Shown in pieces: positions 17,283 to 29,696 of a DNA stretch of 54,845 nt. Position 1 is the first letter of the stretch. Each line of letters opens with the position of its first letter. The notes below the pieces were generated by a model. That model was not told the DNA's origin, searched no databases, and worked only from the letters and a program-made list of their open reading frames with translations. The translations under genes were made by a program, and so were the position numbers. This stretch comes from Nitrospinota bacterium. Lineage in GTDB: Bacteria > UBA8248. The DNA lies in contig JASLZZ010000094.1 of the NCBI GenBank assembly GCA_030754595.1, positions 1 to 54,845 of the forward strand. Reading direction: 5' to 3'.

Positions 17283-18005
17283 TCATCCGGCGGCCCTTGC
17301 CGCCCTCCGGCGCGCCGCGATGAGGTTGAGCGTCTCGACCCCGGCGGAAAAAGCGATGGCGAAGTAAAGGTATCCGCGCGGGATGTGAAAGTGCATCCCG
17401 TCGGCGACGAGCGCAACGCCCACGAGGAGCAGGAAACTCAGCGCGAGCATCTTGGCCGTCGGGTGGCGTTCGATGAAAGCGCTCACCGGTTCCGAGGCGA
17501 GCATCATGATCGCTATCGCGATCGTCACCGCCGCGATCATCACCGGCAGATGCTCGGCCATTCCCACGGCCGTGATCACGGAATCGAGCGAAAACACCGC
17601 ATCGAGAACAATGATCTGCGCGATGACCGCCCCGAATCTTTCCGCGCCGCCCGCGCCTTTATCGTCCTTCCCGGTATCGACGGAATGGTGAATCTCGCGG
17701 GTGCCCTTCCCCAGGAGAAACAACCCGCCCGCGAGGAGGAGCGCGTCCCGCCAGGAGAGCGCGAAGCCGAACACCTCGGCGATGGGGGCCCTGAGCCCGA
17801 CGATCCAGGCAATCCCGGCGAGCAAGACGATCCGTATGGCGAGGGCCGCGGTGAGGCCGAGCCTGCGCGCCCGCTCGCCCTGCGCCGGCGGCAGGCTCGC
17901 CGAAATAATCGAAATGAAGATCACGTTGTCGATGCCGAGAACGATTTCGAGCGCGGTGAGGGCTAACAGGCTCGCCCATATCTGGGGGTCGAGAATCCAT
18001 TCCAT
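17283..18005 (-). CDS. TerC family membrane protein
   Basis: LEIVLGIDN, DAVFSLDSVITAVGM. Confidence 0.93.
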   Translation of the reverse strand: MEWILDPQIWASLLALTALEIVLGIDNVIFISIISASLPPAQGERARRLGLTAALAIRIVLLAGIAWIVGLRAPIAEVFGFALSWRDALLLAGGLFLLGKGTREIHHSVDTGKDDKGAGGAERFGAVIAQIIVLDAVFSLDSVITAVGMAEHLPVMIAAVTIAIAIMMLASEPVSAFIERHPTAKMLALSFLLLVGVALVADGMHFHIPRGYLYFAIAFSAGVETLNLIAARRRAARAAG

Positions 18006-18035
18006 TTTCTACGGTCTCCTGGCTGAGTCCGAGAG

Positions 18036-19031
18036 TTAGCTCTCTTTCACGATGCGGTTGGAGAGGACGCCGATTCCCTCGATTTCGAGATCGAGGACAT
18101 CCCCCGGCTGGATCCACTTGTCGAGGTCGGCGCCGCAGCCAGTGCCCACGGTGCCCGAGCCGATGAGCTCGCCGGGGAGGAGTTCCTCCTCCATCGAAAG
18201 ATGCTCGAGCACGCGGCCCCAACTGAAATGCATGTCTCCGGCGTTGCCCCGGCTCCACTCCTCGCCGTTGACCCGGGCAGTCATCATGGCGTCGGTGTGA
18301 TCGAACTCATCGCGCGTCGCGACGCAGGGGCCGATGGCGGTGCCGAAATCCTTTCCTTTGTGCGGACCGAGCCAGAGGGACATTTCTTTCATCTGGATGT
18401 CGCGGGCGCTGAAGTCGTTCATCACCGTGAATCCGAAAATGTGGTCCAGCCCCTCCGCCTCGGGGATATCCTTGCCGCGTTTTCCGATGAAGATGGCGAT
18501 TTCGAGTTCGTAGTCGAGTTTTTCGGTGTAGTGGGGCCACTTGAGGTCCTCGCCGGGACCGATGATTGTGAGGCGGTTTCCCTTGTAGGAGCTGGGCATT
18601 TCATACCAGAGGGGATCTACTGTCGTGTTCCGGCGGCGGGCGCCGGCCTGCTTGTGCCCCTCGAAGGTGAGGCAGTCCCTGAAGGCCACCGGCCGGGGGA
18701 CGGGCGCCAGCAGGCTGACCTCTGAGAGACTGTAGGCCAGCTTTTCGCCTTCCGGGCCCTCCGAGCCCGGGCCCTGGGCCTCCAGGTAGGCCAGGGCGTT
18801 CCTGGCGGCCTCCAGAGAGGGTTCCCCGCCCGCCGCGAACTCGCAGATATCCTGCGGTATCCGGAAATCGGCATATTCCCGGTAGCGGGGCTCCCCGCCC
18901 CCGGCCTGTAGCCGGGCCGCACCGGCATGAGCCAGATCAACGGCCATTTCCTCGCCCCCGGAGTTCCAGAGCGCCCCTAGCCGTCTGATTTTCCCTGCCG
19001 GGGTAGCCACATCGAACGTAATGAATTTCAT
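18036..19031 (-). CDS. Fumarylacetoacetate hydrolase family protein
   Basis: LDYELE, NDFSARDIQ, KGKDF, GSGTVGTG. Confidence 0.92.
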   Translation of the reverse strand: MKFITFDVATPAGKIRRLGALWNSGGEEMAVDLAHAGAARLQAGGGEPRYREYADFRIPQDICEFAAGGEPSLEAARNALAYLEAQGPGSEGPEGEKLAYSLSEVSLLAPVPRPVAFRDCLTFEGHKQAGARRRNTTVDPLWYEMPSSYKGNRLTIIGPGEDLKWPHYTEKLDYELEIAIFIGKRGKDIPEAEGLDHIFGFTVMNDFSARDIQMKEMSLWLGPHKGKDFGTAIGPCVATRDEFDHTDAMMTARVNGEEWSRGNAGDMHFSWGRVLEHLSMEEELLPGELIGSGTVGTGCGADLDKWIQPGDVLDLEIEGIGVLSNRIVKES

Positions 19032-19274
19032 CGATTTCCTCCGAAATGTAGGTGCCGCGAGGCCCCAAGGGAGCCTAGCGGGAGGCGCCGGCCCGCGAGG
19101 GCGGCAGCCAGACGATATGGGAATAAATGAAGTCTCAAGCTTACCATTTTGATCGACGGAGAGTCCCTCGCCGGGAGGTTTCGGTCCGGCATCTCATTGT
19201 CGAGAGCGCAAGGGCTTGTTTTCAAATCGCTCTTCGGGCCAGCGGAATGGCGATTATCAAGGACCAATTCGGGC

Positions 19275-19303
19275 TTGACTTCCCAAGGGCCTGCGGTTAG
19301 CTT
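19275..19303 (+). promoter_or_regulatory. Putative sigma70 promoter of atp operon
   Basis: TTGACT-17 bp-TAGCTT. Confidence 0.5.
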
Positions 19304-19462
19304 TAGGCGTTTTTTGAGGCAAAGCTATCCAGGGGAAGCCCCTGGGCGGAATAATCAAACTCTTCGTTTATCAAGCTTCTGCATAGTGTAGAAAGCGCTT
19401 CGCGAAGTCGGGGCCGGTTGCGGTTCCTTGCTCGGCGAAGGCGGAAGGATTCAAAGAATCTC

Positions 19463-20059
19463 ATGATGGCTGGAAAGAGTATCCGGCGGGCGCTTTGGGC
19501 CGCTGTTTTTATGTTCGCCGCTTTTCTGATTTCTATGTCGGTTCCAGAAGTGTCCTGGGCCGCTGCGGCGCATGGTACCGTTGGCGGCTTCAGGGGGTGG
19601 CTGGCCGGATTCAATTTCGGAAGCGGCGCCCTTGTCCTCAACCCGGTTGTCATTCTGATCCAGTGGGCTAACTTCATAATTATCCTGATTGTCCTGAATA
19701 AACTCCTCTACAAACCCCTCTGGCGGGTCATCGACGAGAGAAACGGCAAGATTGAAGACGATTTGGCCTCCTCCGAGCGGGACCGAAGCGAGACCCAGGG
19801 TTATATCACCCAGTACGAGGATTCCCTTGCTGAAATTCAGCACCAAAACACCGAGGCGATGGTTGCTCTTCAGCAGGAAATTAACGATGCGGGCCGAAAA
19901 ATGATCGACGAGATCCGCGAGAAAACATCGAAAGAGATCGAGGAGGCGCGCGCCTCGATTTCATCGCAGGCGAAAACCGCGCTTTCCGAGCTCGAAGGGG
20001 AAGCCGGGAAATTCGCCGCTCAGATTGCCAATCGCCTCGCCGGGCGGGCGGTTGCCTGA
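19463..20059 (+). CDS. F0 ATP synthase subunit b'
   Basis: IQWANFIIILIVLNKLLYKP..IDER then coiled coil; first gene of atp operon. Confidence 0.85.
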   Translation: MMAGKSIRRALWAAVFMFAAFLISMSVPEVSWAAAAHGTVGGFRGWLAGFNFGSGALVLNPVVILIQWANFIIILIVLNKLLYKPLWRVIDERNGKIEDDLASSERDRSETQGYITQYEDSLAEIQHQNTEAMVALQQEINDAGRKMIDEIREKTSKEIEEARASISSQAKTALSELEGEAGKFAAQIANRLAGRAVA

Positions 20060-20063
20060 GGAT

Positions 20064-20672
20064 ATGCCGATGAACAGAAAATTATTTTTCGCGTCGGGCC
20101 TGATGGTGGCCGCCGCTGCCTTTTTTCTTCTTCCCGGGTGGGCTTTTGGCGCGGAAGCGGGAGAGGTTCACCACAAAGAGTTCAGCCTGGTCGAAGAAGG
20201 CTTCAAGTTCTTAAATACGCTGATCGTTGTTTTCATCCTTTACAAGGTAGCCGCGAAGCCGGTGGTCAATTTCTTCAAGGACCGCCGCGAGGGAATCCGC
20301 CAGGCCCTTGCCGACGCTGAAGCGGCCCGGGCCGAGGCCGAGGCTGAGCTTGAGGAGCAGCGCTCTAAGGTGGCCGACCTCGAATCGGAGCTTTCCAGGT
20401 TCCGCGAGACCGGCGAGCGAGAGCGCGCCGCCATTCGCACCCGTATGGAGGCGGACCAAAAGGCTCAGGCCGACCGCCTTCTGGAGCAGACCCGAGGCGC
20501 CATCGAACTCGAAACCTCAAAGGCGAAAGCGGAGCTTCAGGCCAGCGCCGCCGAGCTGGCCATGGGTTTGGCCGAAGAGATGCTCAAGAAAAACATCGGC
20601 CCCGAGGATCAGGATCGATTTGTATCCGAATATCTTGTCAAACTCGGCGAGGAAACGGGAGGTGAGTCGTGA
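20064..20672 (+). CDS. atpF: F0 ATP synthase subunit b
   Basis: KFLN..ILYKVAAKPVVNFFKDRREGI, coiled coil. Confidence 0.88.
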   Translation: MPMNRKLFFASGLMVAAAAFFLLPGWAFGAEAGEVHHKEFSLVEEGFKFLNTLIVVFILYKVAAKPVVNFFKDRREGIRQALADAEAARAEAEAELEEQRSKVADLESELSRFRETGERERAAIRTRMEADQKAQADRLLEQTRGAIELETSKAKAELQASAAELAMGLAEEMLKKNIGPEDQDRFVSEYLVKLGEETGGES

Positions 20673-21208
20673 TCGGAGGCGAAGCGGCCCGCCGGTACGC
20701 CAAGGCATTGGTTGATATCGCAGAGAAAGGCGGAGTTCTCGACGAGACGGGGGCCGCGCTGGCCGAACTGGCCGAGGTGCTCGAAAACCCGGAGTTGCGG
20801 AAGGTTCTCATGAACCCGCGCTTTTCCCGGCAGGTCAGAAGCGGGATTATCGGGAGTATCGTCGATTCCTCGGGCGCGGGCGAGTTGGTTCGGAAATTCG
20901 CACTGCTCGTCACCGAGAAGGATCGCATCGCCGAATTTCCGGCCATCGCCGAGAGCTATCAGGCGCTGGCCGACGGGATGAAGGGCCGGGTGCGTGCCCA
21001 GGTCAGCACCGCTTTCGATCTATCGGACTTCGCCCAGGCCGAGCTTCTCCGGAAGCTCTCCGAAGTGAGCGGAAAAGAGGTGCTCCTCGAAGTGGAAAAA
21101 GACGAATCGCTCATCGGCGGGCTGGTCTGCCGCATGGGCGGCGTGGTGATGGACGGCAGCATTCGGAATCAGCTCAAAAATTTACGCGAGAGCATGACCA
21201 CGAACTAA
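20669..21208 (+). CDS. atpH: ATP synthase delta
   Basis: ARRYAKAL, DESLIGG, DGSIRNQL. Confidence 0.93.
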   Translation: MIGGEAARRYAKALVDIAEKGGVLDETGAALAELAEVLENPELRKVLMNPRFSRQVRSGIIGSIVDSSGAGELVRKFALLVTEKDRIAEFPAIAESYQALADGMKGRVRAQVSTAFDLSDFAQAELLRKLSEVSGKEVLLEVEKDESLIGGLVCRMGGVVMDGSIRNQLKNLRESMTTN

Positions 21209-21241
21209 CTTTCGCTTTCACTGAACAGCCGAGAGGACGAG

Positions 21242-22777
21242 ATGCAAATTCGCGCCGAAGAAATCAGTCAGATTATTCAAAAGCAAATCGAGGGATTCGA
21301 CTCGTCGGTCGAACTGGCCGAAACGGGAACGGTCATCTCCGTGGGTGACGGAATCGCCCGTGTTTACGGCCTTGAAAAATGCATGGCCGGTGAGCTGATA
21401 GAATTTCCGGGCGATCTCTTCGGGATGGCGCTCAACCTGGAGACAGACAACGTCGGTACCGTGCTTTTAGGCGACGATCGCCATATCAAGGAGGGCGACG
21501 AGGTCCGCCGAACGGGCAGGATCGTACAGGTGCCCACCGGGAAGGCGCTGGCGGGCCGGGTCGTAAACCCCCTGGGGCAGCCCATCGACGGGAAGGGCCC
21601 AATCGAAACCGACACGACCGCGAACATCGATATCGTCGCCCCCGGCGTGATTGAAAGAAAATCCGTGACCGAACCCCTTCAGACGGGTATCAAGGCGATC
21701 GACGGGATGATCCCCATCGGCCGGGGCCAGCGGGAGCTCATCATCGGCGACCGGCAGACCGGAAAAACGGCCATCGCCATCGACACCATCATCAATCAAA
21801 AAGAAACCGATGTTTATTGTATCTATGTCTGCATCGGACAGAAACGCTCCACGCTCGCCCAGGTGGTGGCCGCTCTCGAGGAAAACGGCGCGATGGACAA
21901 AAGCATTATTGTCGCCGCGACGGCCTCGGACCCGGCTCCGCTTCAGTACATCGCGCCTTTCTCGGGCGCCGCGATGGGCGAATATTTCCGCGACAACGGG
22001 ATGCACGCGCTCATCATCTACGACGATCTTTCCAAGCAGGCGGTGGCTTACCGGCAGCTTTCTTTGATGCTTCGCCGCCCGCCGGGCCGCGAGGCCTATC
22101 CGGGCGATGTGTTCTATCTTCACTCCCGGCTTCTCGAGCGTGCAGCGAAAATGAGCGACGAGCTGGGCGGTGGTTCGCTGACGGCGCTTCCGATTATCGA
22201 AACCCAGGCCGGTGACGTTTCGGCCTATATTCCGACCAACGTGATTTCAATCACCGACGGGCAGATTTATCTCGAGTCGGGCCTGTTCTACTCCGGCATC
22301 CGGCCGGCGGTGAACGTGGGCCTCTCGGTTTCCCGCGTCGGCGGGGCCGCCCAGAACAAGGCGATGAAAAAAGTCGCCGGAACCCTTCGGCTCGACCTGG
22401 CGCAATACCGCGAGATGGCGGCTTTCGCCCAGTTCGGCTCCGAGCTCGACGCAGCCACCCAGGCACAGCTCAGCCGCGGCGCCCGGCTGACCGAGCTGCT
22501 CAAGCAGCCCCAGTACCAGCCGGTTCCCGTGGAAAAACAGATTATGTCGATTTACCTGGGGACCAGCGGCGGCCTCGATAGCGTCGAGATCGCGGATGTC
22601 CAGAAGACCGAGGCGGACTTCCAGACCTTCATGGAGTCGCGCCACCCGGAGGTGGGGGCCGATCTCGCCGAGAAGAAGGAATTGACCGACGATATCGTCG
22701 GGCGGCTGGATGCCGCGATTGAGGAATTCAAAAAGACGCTTGCCGCTGCCGAGGTGGCTCCGGCGGCCGCTTCGTAG
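21242..22777 (+). CDS. atpA: ATP synthase alpha
   Basis: [29 protein letters not shown]. Confidence 0.98.
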   Translation: MQIRAEEISQIIQKQIEGFDSSVELAETGTVISVGDGIARVYGLEKCMAGELIEFPGDLFGMALNLETDNVGTVLLGDDRHIKEGDEVRRTGRIVQVPTGKALAGRVVNPLGQPIDGKGPIETDTTANIDIVAPGVIERKSVTEPLQTGIKAIDGMIPIGRGQRELIIGDRQTGKTAIAIDTIINQKETDVYCIYVCIGQKRSTLAQVVAALEENGAMDKSIIVAATASDPAPLQYIAPFSGAAMGEYFRDNGMHALIIYDDLSKQAVAYRQLSLMLRRPPGREAYPGDVFYLHSRLLERAAKMSDELGGGSLTALPIIETQAGDVSAYIPTNVISITDGQIYLESGLFYSGIRPAVNVGLSVSRVGGAAQNKAMKKVAGTLRLDLAQYREMAAFAQFGSELDAATQAQLSRGARLTELLKQPQYQPVPVEKQIMSIYLGTSGGLDSVEIADVQKTEADFQTFMESRHPEVGADLAEKKELTDDIVGRLDAAIEEFKKTLAAAEVAPAAAS

Positions 22778-22800
22778 CTGCACGCAACGGATAGAGAAAG

Positions 22801-25117
<2,317 letters not shown>

Positions 25118-25119
25118 CC

Positions 25120-25542
25120 ATGGCAAACGGCAAAATCAAACTCGAGGTGGTCACGCCCGTGAAGCGGCTCGTCTCCGCCGAGGTGGATGAAATTACCGGG
25201 CCCGGATCGTGGGGCGAGTTCGGAATTTTGCCAAATCACACCCCCTATCTTGTCCAACTCGACGTTGGAGCGCTCTCCTACCGGAAGAGCAGCGGCCGCT
25301 ATTTCGTTTCCGTCAGCGGCGGCTACGCCGAGGTCGGGCCGCACGAGGTGACGATCCTGGCCGAGTCGGCGGAGCTGGCCGAGGAAATCGACGTTAATCG
25401 CGCCAAGGGCGCCCGTGAACGGGCGCTCGGCCGCCTTTCCGGAAAGGGCGCTGACGAGCCTTTTAACTTTGATCGCGCCGAAGCCTCTCTCAAGCGGGCG
25501 ATCAGCCGGATATCTGTTGCCAATCGTAGCGGACTCGAATAA
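25120..25542 (+). CDS. atpC: ATP synthase epsilon
   Basis: LEVVTP, GEFGILPNHTP, SGGYAEV. Confidence 0.96.
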   Translation: MANGKIKLEVVTPVKRLVSAEVDEITGPGSWGEFGILPNHTPYLVQLDVGALSYRKSSGRYFVSVSGGYAEVGPHEVTILAESAELAEEIDVNRAKGARERALGRLSGKGADEPFNFDRAEASLKRAISRISVANRSGLE

Positions 25543-25673
25543 GCGCCTCTACCCGCTGTCCGTAATCCCCGCCGCCGGGGCGGGGGTCGAAAATTTCCGA
25601 AATAGCCTTATAATTCTCCGTCAGTGAATTGCCTCTTTTGTCGCCACTTTTCGGGTGGCGCGCACAAGGAGGT

Positions 25674-26126
25674 ATGGTGATGATAATCCGCCTGAACATT
25701 CTTTCGCTTGTTTTCGTGGCCGCGCTTCCGGGGGCGGTTTATTCCGCCGGCGACCCCGCCCCGCCCGAGACGCTCGCGATTTCGGCCTACGAGCAGGGCC
25801 GCGAGCAGGCAAGGTCCGAAAACTGGGATCGCGCCGCCGCTCTTTTTCAAAGCGTCGTGGAAAAGGACGGACAGGACTACAGGGCGCTGAATATGCTCGG
25901 TTACTCGCTGCGCCAGATTGGCCGCCTGGCGGATTCTCTAGCGGCCTACGACCGCGCCCTGTCGATCAAGCCCGATTACGCCCCGGCGCTCGAATACCGA
26001 GGCGTCACCCTTCTCAAGTCGGGCAACCGCCGCGCGGCTCTCGCCGATTACCGGGCGCTCGTTCGCCTCGGCTCTCCGCTGGCCGCCGATCTGAAGGAGG
26101 CCCTCGACCGGGCGGCGAAGAACTAG
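25674..26126 (+). CDS. Secreted TPR protein
   Basis: RBS AAGGAGG; signal peptide; ALNMLGYSLR, YDRALSIKPDY. Confidence 0.85.
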   Translation: MVMIIRLNILSLVFVAALPGAVYSAGDPAPPETLAISAYEQGREQARSENWDRAAALFQSVVEKDGQDYRALNMLGYSLRQIGRLADSLAAYDRALSIKPDYAPALEYRGVTLLKSGNRRAALADYRALVRLGSPLAADLKEALDRAAKN

Positions 26127-26289
26127 CTCCCCCACGGAGCTTGGAGGTCTTGGAGCGCTTGGGACGATCACGCGGGGGCTGGGCGATAAAAGCCGGCCAG
26201 TAATCTGGGACTGAAAAATACAGGAAGATTGCGCCGCTCACCGGCGGCGAGAGACCACTCTTTCATATTTCGAGAAAAGGAAATTTGAC

Positions 26290-26733
26290 ATGGCGATTAC
26301 GGGATTTCACAACATCAGAGTCACCGTCAGCGACTCGGGCGTGGCCGCGAAATGGTACGGAGAAATGCTGGGTTTCGAGGTGCAGTCCGACTCCGAGCGC
26401 ACCCCCGAGTTCTCCGAGGCAGTGACCGGCGTTCCGGGGGCCACCCTCCGCGTTGTCCACATGAACGGCCACGGAATGCATTTCGAGTTGATGCAGTACG
26501 TCGTCGGTAGCGGGTCCCGAGTCGAGACGAGCCCCAACAACATCGGCAGCGCCCAGGTGGGTTTTCTGACCGACGACGGTCCGGCCCTTTACGCGGAATG
26601 GAAGACCAAAAGGGTCAAGATGTGGTCGCCCGGCCCGGCCGAGGTGCCCAACGGTCCGATGAAGGGCAGTTTCATCTTCTTTTGTCAGGACCCGGACGGC
26701 AACGCCCTCAAGTTCATGCAAACTCCAAAGTAG
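26290..26733 (+). CDS. VOC/glyoxalase family protein
   Basis: FHNIRVTVSD..WYGEMLG, FELMQY, DPDGN. Confidence 0.85.
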   Translation: MAITGFHNIRVTVSDSGVAAKWYGEMLGFEVQSDSERTPEFSEAVTGVPGATLRVVHMNGHGMHFELMQYVVGSGSRVETSPNNIGSAQVGFLTDDGPALYAEWKTKRVKMWSPGPAEVPNGPMKGSFIFFCQDPDGNALKFMQTPK

Positions 26734-26767
26734 GCCCGCCGGGAGAGACGGAATCATTTCGGAGAGC

Positions 26768-27298
26768 CTGGATTCCCATATCGTTGTATCGCCCGCCGGT
26801 GAGCTTTCCTGGCGCGGGAAAAAGATAAAGTGCGCGCTGGGGCGAAAGGGCGTTTCCCCTGAAAAAAAAGAGGGCGACGGGGCAACGCCCGCCGGCGATT
26901 TTCCGGTCCGGGAAATTTTTTACCGGCCCGATCGCGTTGACGGACTTGAAACCTCTCTTCGCCTCAGTCCGATTTCCGAGGATGACGGCTGGTGCGACGA
27001 TCCCGGCGATCCCCACTACAACAGGCGTGTGAAGGTTCCCCATCCGGGAAGCCACGAAAAACTCTGGCGTGCGGATAATCTCTACGACATCTTTATTGTC
27101 TTGGGCCATAACGACGACCCACCGGAGCCGGGCAGGGGAAGCGCTATTTTTCTTCACGTAACGGCGGAGAATTACCCCTCGACGGAGGGCTGCGTCGCCG
27201 TCGCTTTTGACGATCTGGTTTGGCTGGCGCGGGAGCTTGGGCCCGAAACGATGGTCCGGGTTCTGGCGGTGGCCCAAGATTTCCCCGCCCCGGGCTAG
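26768..27298 (+). CDS. L,D-transpeptidase (YkuD) family protein; start codon non-canonical or uncertain
   Basis: Frame extends upstream of ORF 27029: KCALGRKGVSPEKKEGDGATPAG..YRPDR..WCDDP..GSAIFLH..TEGCVA. Confidence 0.8.
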   Translation: MDSHIVVSPAGELSWRGKKIKCALGRKGVSPEKKEGDGATPAGDFPVREIFYRPDRVDGLETSLRLSPISEDDGWCDDPGDPHYNRRVKVPHPGSHEKLWRADNLYDIFIVLGHNDDPPEPGRGSAIFLHVTAENYPSTEGCVAVAFDDLVWLARELGPETMVRVLAVAQDFPAPG

Positions 27299-27430
27299 GG
27301 GCGGGGCTTTTCCGAAGGCGGCCACACTCAGCCAGCCGATGGATATCCGGAATGCCCCGGCGGGGAGGCTGAGGTATGATAAAAGCCATCGGAGAAACGA
27401 TTTCTTTTATCCAGCGCATAGGGAGACGAA

Positions 27431-27799
27431 ATGCATCCGTTCGATCTGAACAAAGAGCAGGAGTGGGATTCCGAGAGACATGTGGAAAAGATTTTGGGTA
27501 AATTCGGCGAGGGCGACGTGACGGTCGCCTGTTGGGAGCCGGGGCAGATTAGCCCCTACCACGCCCATCACGACTCGACCGAGATTTATTTCTGCTATAC
27601 GGGCGGAGGCGTGATGACGACCGACGAGGGGAAAATCGACATTACGCCGGGCTCGTTTGTGGTTCATCCGCGCGGGGAGTTTCACGAATACGAAAATGGC
27701 CCGGAGCGGACGATGCTCTTCCGGGTGCGTTTCGGCGAGGGCATGAAGTCCTCCCGCCGGCACTGGCGCGGCCACCCGGATCACAAGCCCTCGGAGTAG
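27431..27799 (+). CDS. Cupin domain protein
   Basis: PGQISPYHAH..EIYF..G.G, PRGEFH. Confidence 0.85.
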   Translation: MHPFDLNKEQEWDSERHVEKILGKFGEGDVTVACWEPGQISPYHAHHDSTEIYFCYTGGGVMTTDEGKIDITPGSFVVHPRGEFHEYENGPERTMLFRVRFGEGMKSSRRHWRGHPDHKPSE

Positions 27800-27822
27800 G
27801 GGCGGTTTGAAGGTTTAATCCC

Positions 27823-28626
27823 ATGGGCATCCGGGGTCTGAAGGACCGGCTCGTCGCCCGTTTTCTCACGCGTTATCCGGCGCTGGTGCGCAGATGGGCC
27901 GAGGGGCGGAAGTTTACGGCGGGCGACGCACTGGGCGATCCCTGGGCGGATCTTGATAAGCCTCTGGCCGAATGCCGCGTGGCGATAGTGACGACGGGGG
28001 GTGTGCACCTGAGGGACCAGTTGTCCTTCGACATGAAAAACCCGAACGGAGATCCCACCTTCCGCGAAATACCGGATGGCTCGCCGCGGGGCGATCTCAC
28101 GATTACCCACAACTACTACGATCACAGGAGCGCCGACCGGGATATTAACGTGATCTTCCCCCTCGACCGGCTCGGGGAGCTCGCCGGAGAGGGCCGGATC
28201 GCGGGGCGGGCGCCGCTTCATCTGGGTTTCATGGGCCATATCGACGGCCCGCTGGTCGATCGGCTCGTCAAGGAGACGGCGCCCGAGGCAGCGCGGCGGC
28301 TCATCGCCGCCGGGGCGGACTGCGTACTTCTCACCCCCGCCTGAGGGCTCTGCAACCGCTCGGTCGGGCTGATTCAGAAGGTCATCGAGGGGGCGGGTCT
28401 GCTCACCGTTTCAATCAGCCTTGTCCGCGAGATTGCTTTGCAGGTGCACCCGCCCCGGGCGGTTTTTCTCTCCTGGCCGCTGGGGCACCCGCTGGGGGAG
28501 CCTGACCATCCCGCCCAGCAGCGTTGGGTGCTCCTGAACGCCTTTGCCCTCCTGGAGTCCGCGAGCTCTCCCGGCACTCTCGCCGAGCCCGGCTGGGAGT
28601 GGGGGTCGAACCCCTTCGGGGGATGA
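27823..28626 (+). CDS. Glycine/sarcosine/betaine/proline reductase selenoprotein B-like protein (U-G-L-C), 267 aa
   Basis: VAIVTTGGVH, GDPTFREIP, DINVIFPLDRL, VLLTPA-TGA(28342)-GLCNRSVGLIQ..PPRAVF..PLGHPLG; hairpin GCTC-ggtc-GGGC 28358-28369. Confidence 0.88.
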
Positions 28627-28962
28627 AGGCGAAAATTTCGATCGCGCTGGGATGAGAAGATGTAAAGACAAGAATATCAATGAATTACAAGAATTCCGGA
28701 TACCCAGGTTCCGGCCTGTAGCCGGCTTCTGGAGAGGGGTTTCCCCCTATTGGCAGCGATAATTCGCGGCGGCGGCCTATTATCGCCGGAAAATCTATAA
28801 ATAATTAATATTCGATGAGTTACAGGCTATCTGCGACCTGTGCGGGGGATGATTTCGCGCGTACTTATTCTCGACATCCCAGGCCACATATGCTCCAATT
28901 GGGGCCAGTTGGTTCCGTCGGAGCCGCGCCGCAAGCAAAGCCGCACCGCAAGGGGTTTTTCT

Positions 28963-29571
28963 TTGACCAAATCATCAACGGCCATACCCATCACCGCTCC
29001 CGTCGCCCGACTGGCCCGGGAGCTTGAGTCGATATCCGGGCAGGGGCTGGGGGATCGTAAATTCATCCAATCCGCCGAGCCCGCGCTGCGCCGGCTGCTG
29101 GCCGAGGAGGACTTTCTCCCGGCCGAGGCCACGCGGCCTTCGGCGAAAAGCTATGCGCGCCACCTCCTCCACGCCGACCCGGAGGACCGCTTTTGCCTGG
29201 CGGCCATGGTCTGGGCCCCGGGGCAAGGCACCCCGATTCACGATCACGACGGGACCTGGGGGATGATCGGCATGATCCAGGGAAGTCTCGAGGTGGTGGA
29301 TTTCTTCTCCGCCGGAGCCGAAATCGCCTCCGGCGAGTTGGCCCTGAGGAGCGAGCCGCCGCATGTTCCTCGCGCGGACTCAAGCGGATGCGTGTGCGGT
29401 TGCGCCGATATCCATTCGGTCAACAATCCGTTTGGCGAAACGGCGATTTCCCTTCACGTCTACGCCCGCGAACTTGAGAGATGTCATGTCTTCGATCCGA
29501 TTTCCGAAAAGGATGGCCGGTACATGGTGAGCGAAAAGACCCTGACGTATACGGACAACCCATCTTCGTAG
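28963..29571 (+). CDS. Cysteine dioxygenase family protein
   Basis: YARHLLH, MVWAPGQGTPIHDH, IHSVNN, SLHVY. Confidence 0.85.
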   Translation: MTKSSTAIPITAPVARLARELESISGQGLGDRKFIQSAEPALRRLLAEEDFLPAEATRPSAKSYARHLLHADPEDRFCLAAMVWAPGQGTPIHDHDGTWGMIGMIQGSLEVVDFFSAGAEIASGELALRSEPPHVPRADSSGCVCGCADIHSVNNPFGETAISLHVYARELERCHVFDPISEKDGRYMVSEKTLTYTDNPSS

Positions 29572-29608
29572 GATAACTTTCATTGCCAAAATAAAACCCG
29601 TTTTTTCT

Positions 29609-29638
29609 TTCCTGCCGAGGCGCGGCGGGAGTTTTTTT
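29609..29638 (+). terminator. Rho-independent terminator
   Basis: TTCCTGCCG-aggcg-CGGCGGGAG followed by T7. Confidence 0.7.
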
Positions 29639-29696
29639 GTGTCCGCCCGGAACGATGGCGCGTTGACGCACTGGAAATGAAAATAAGGAAACGATT

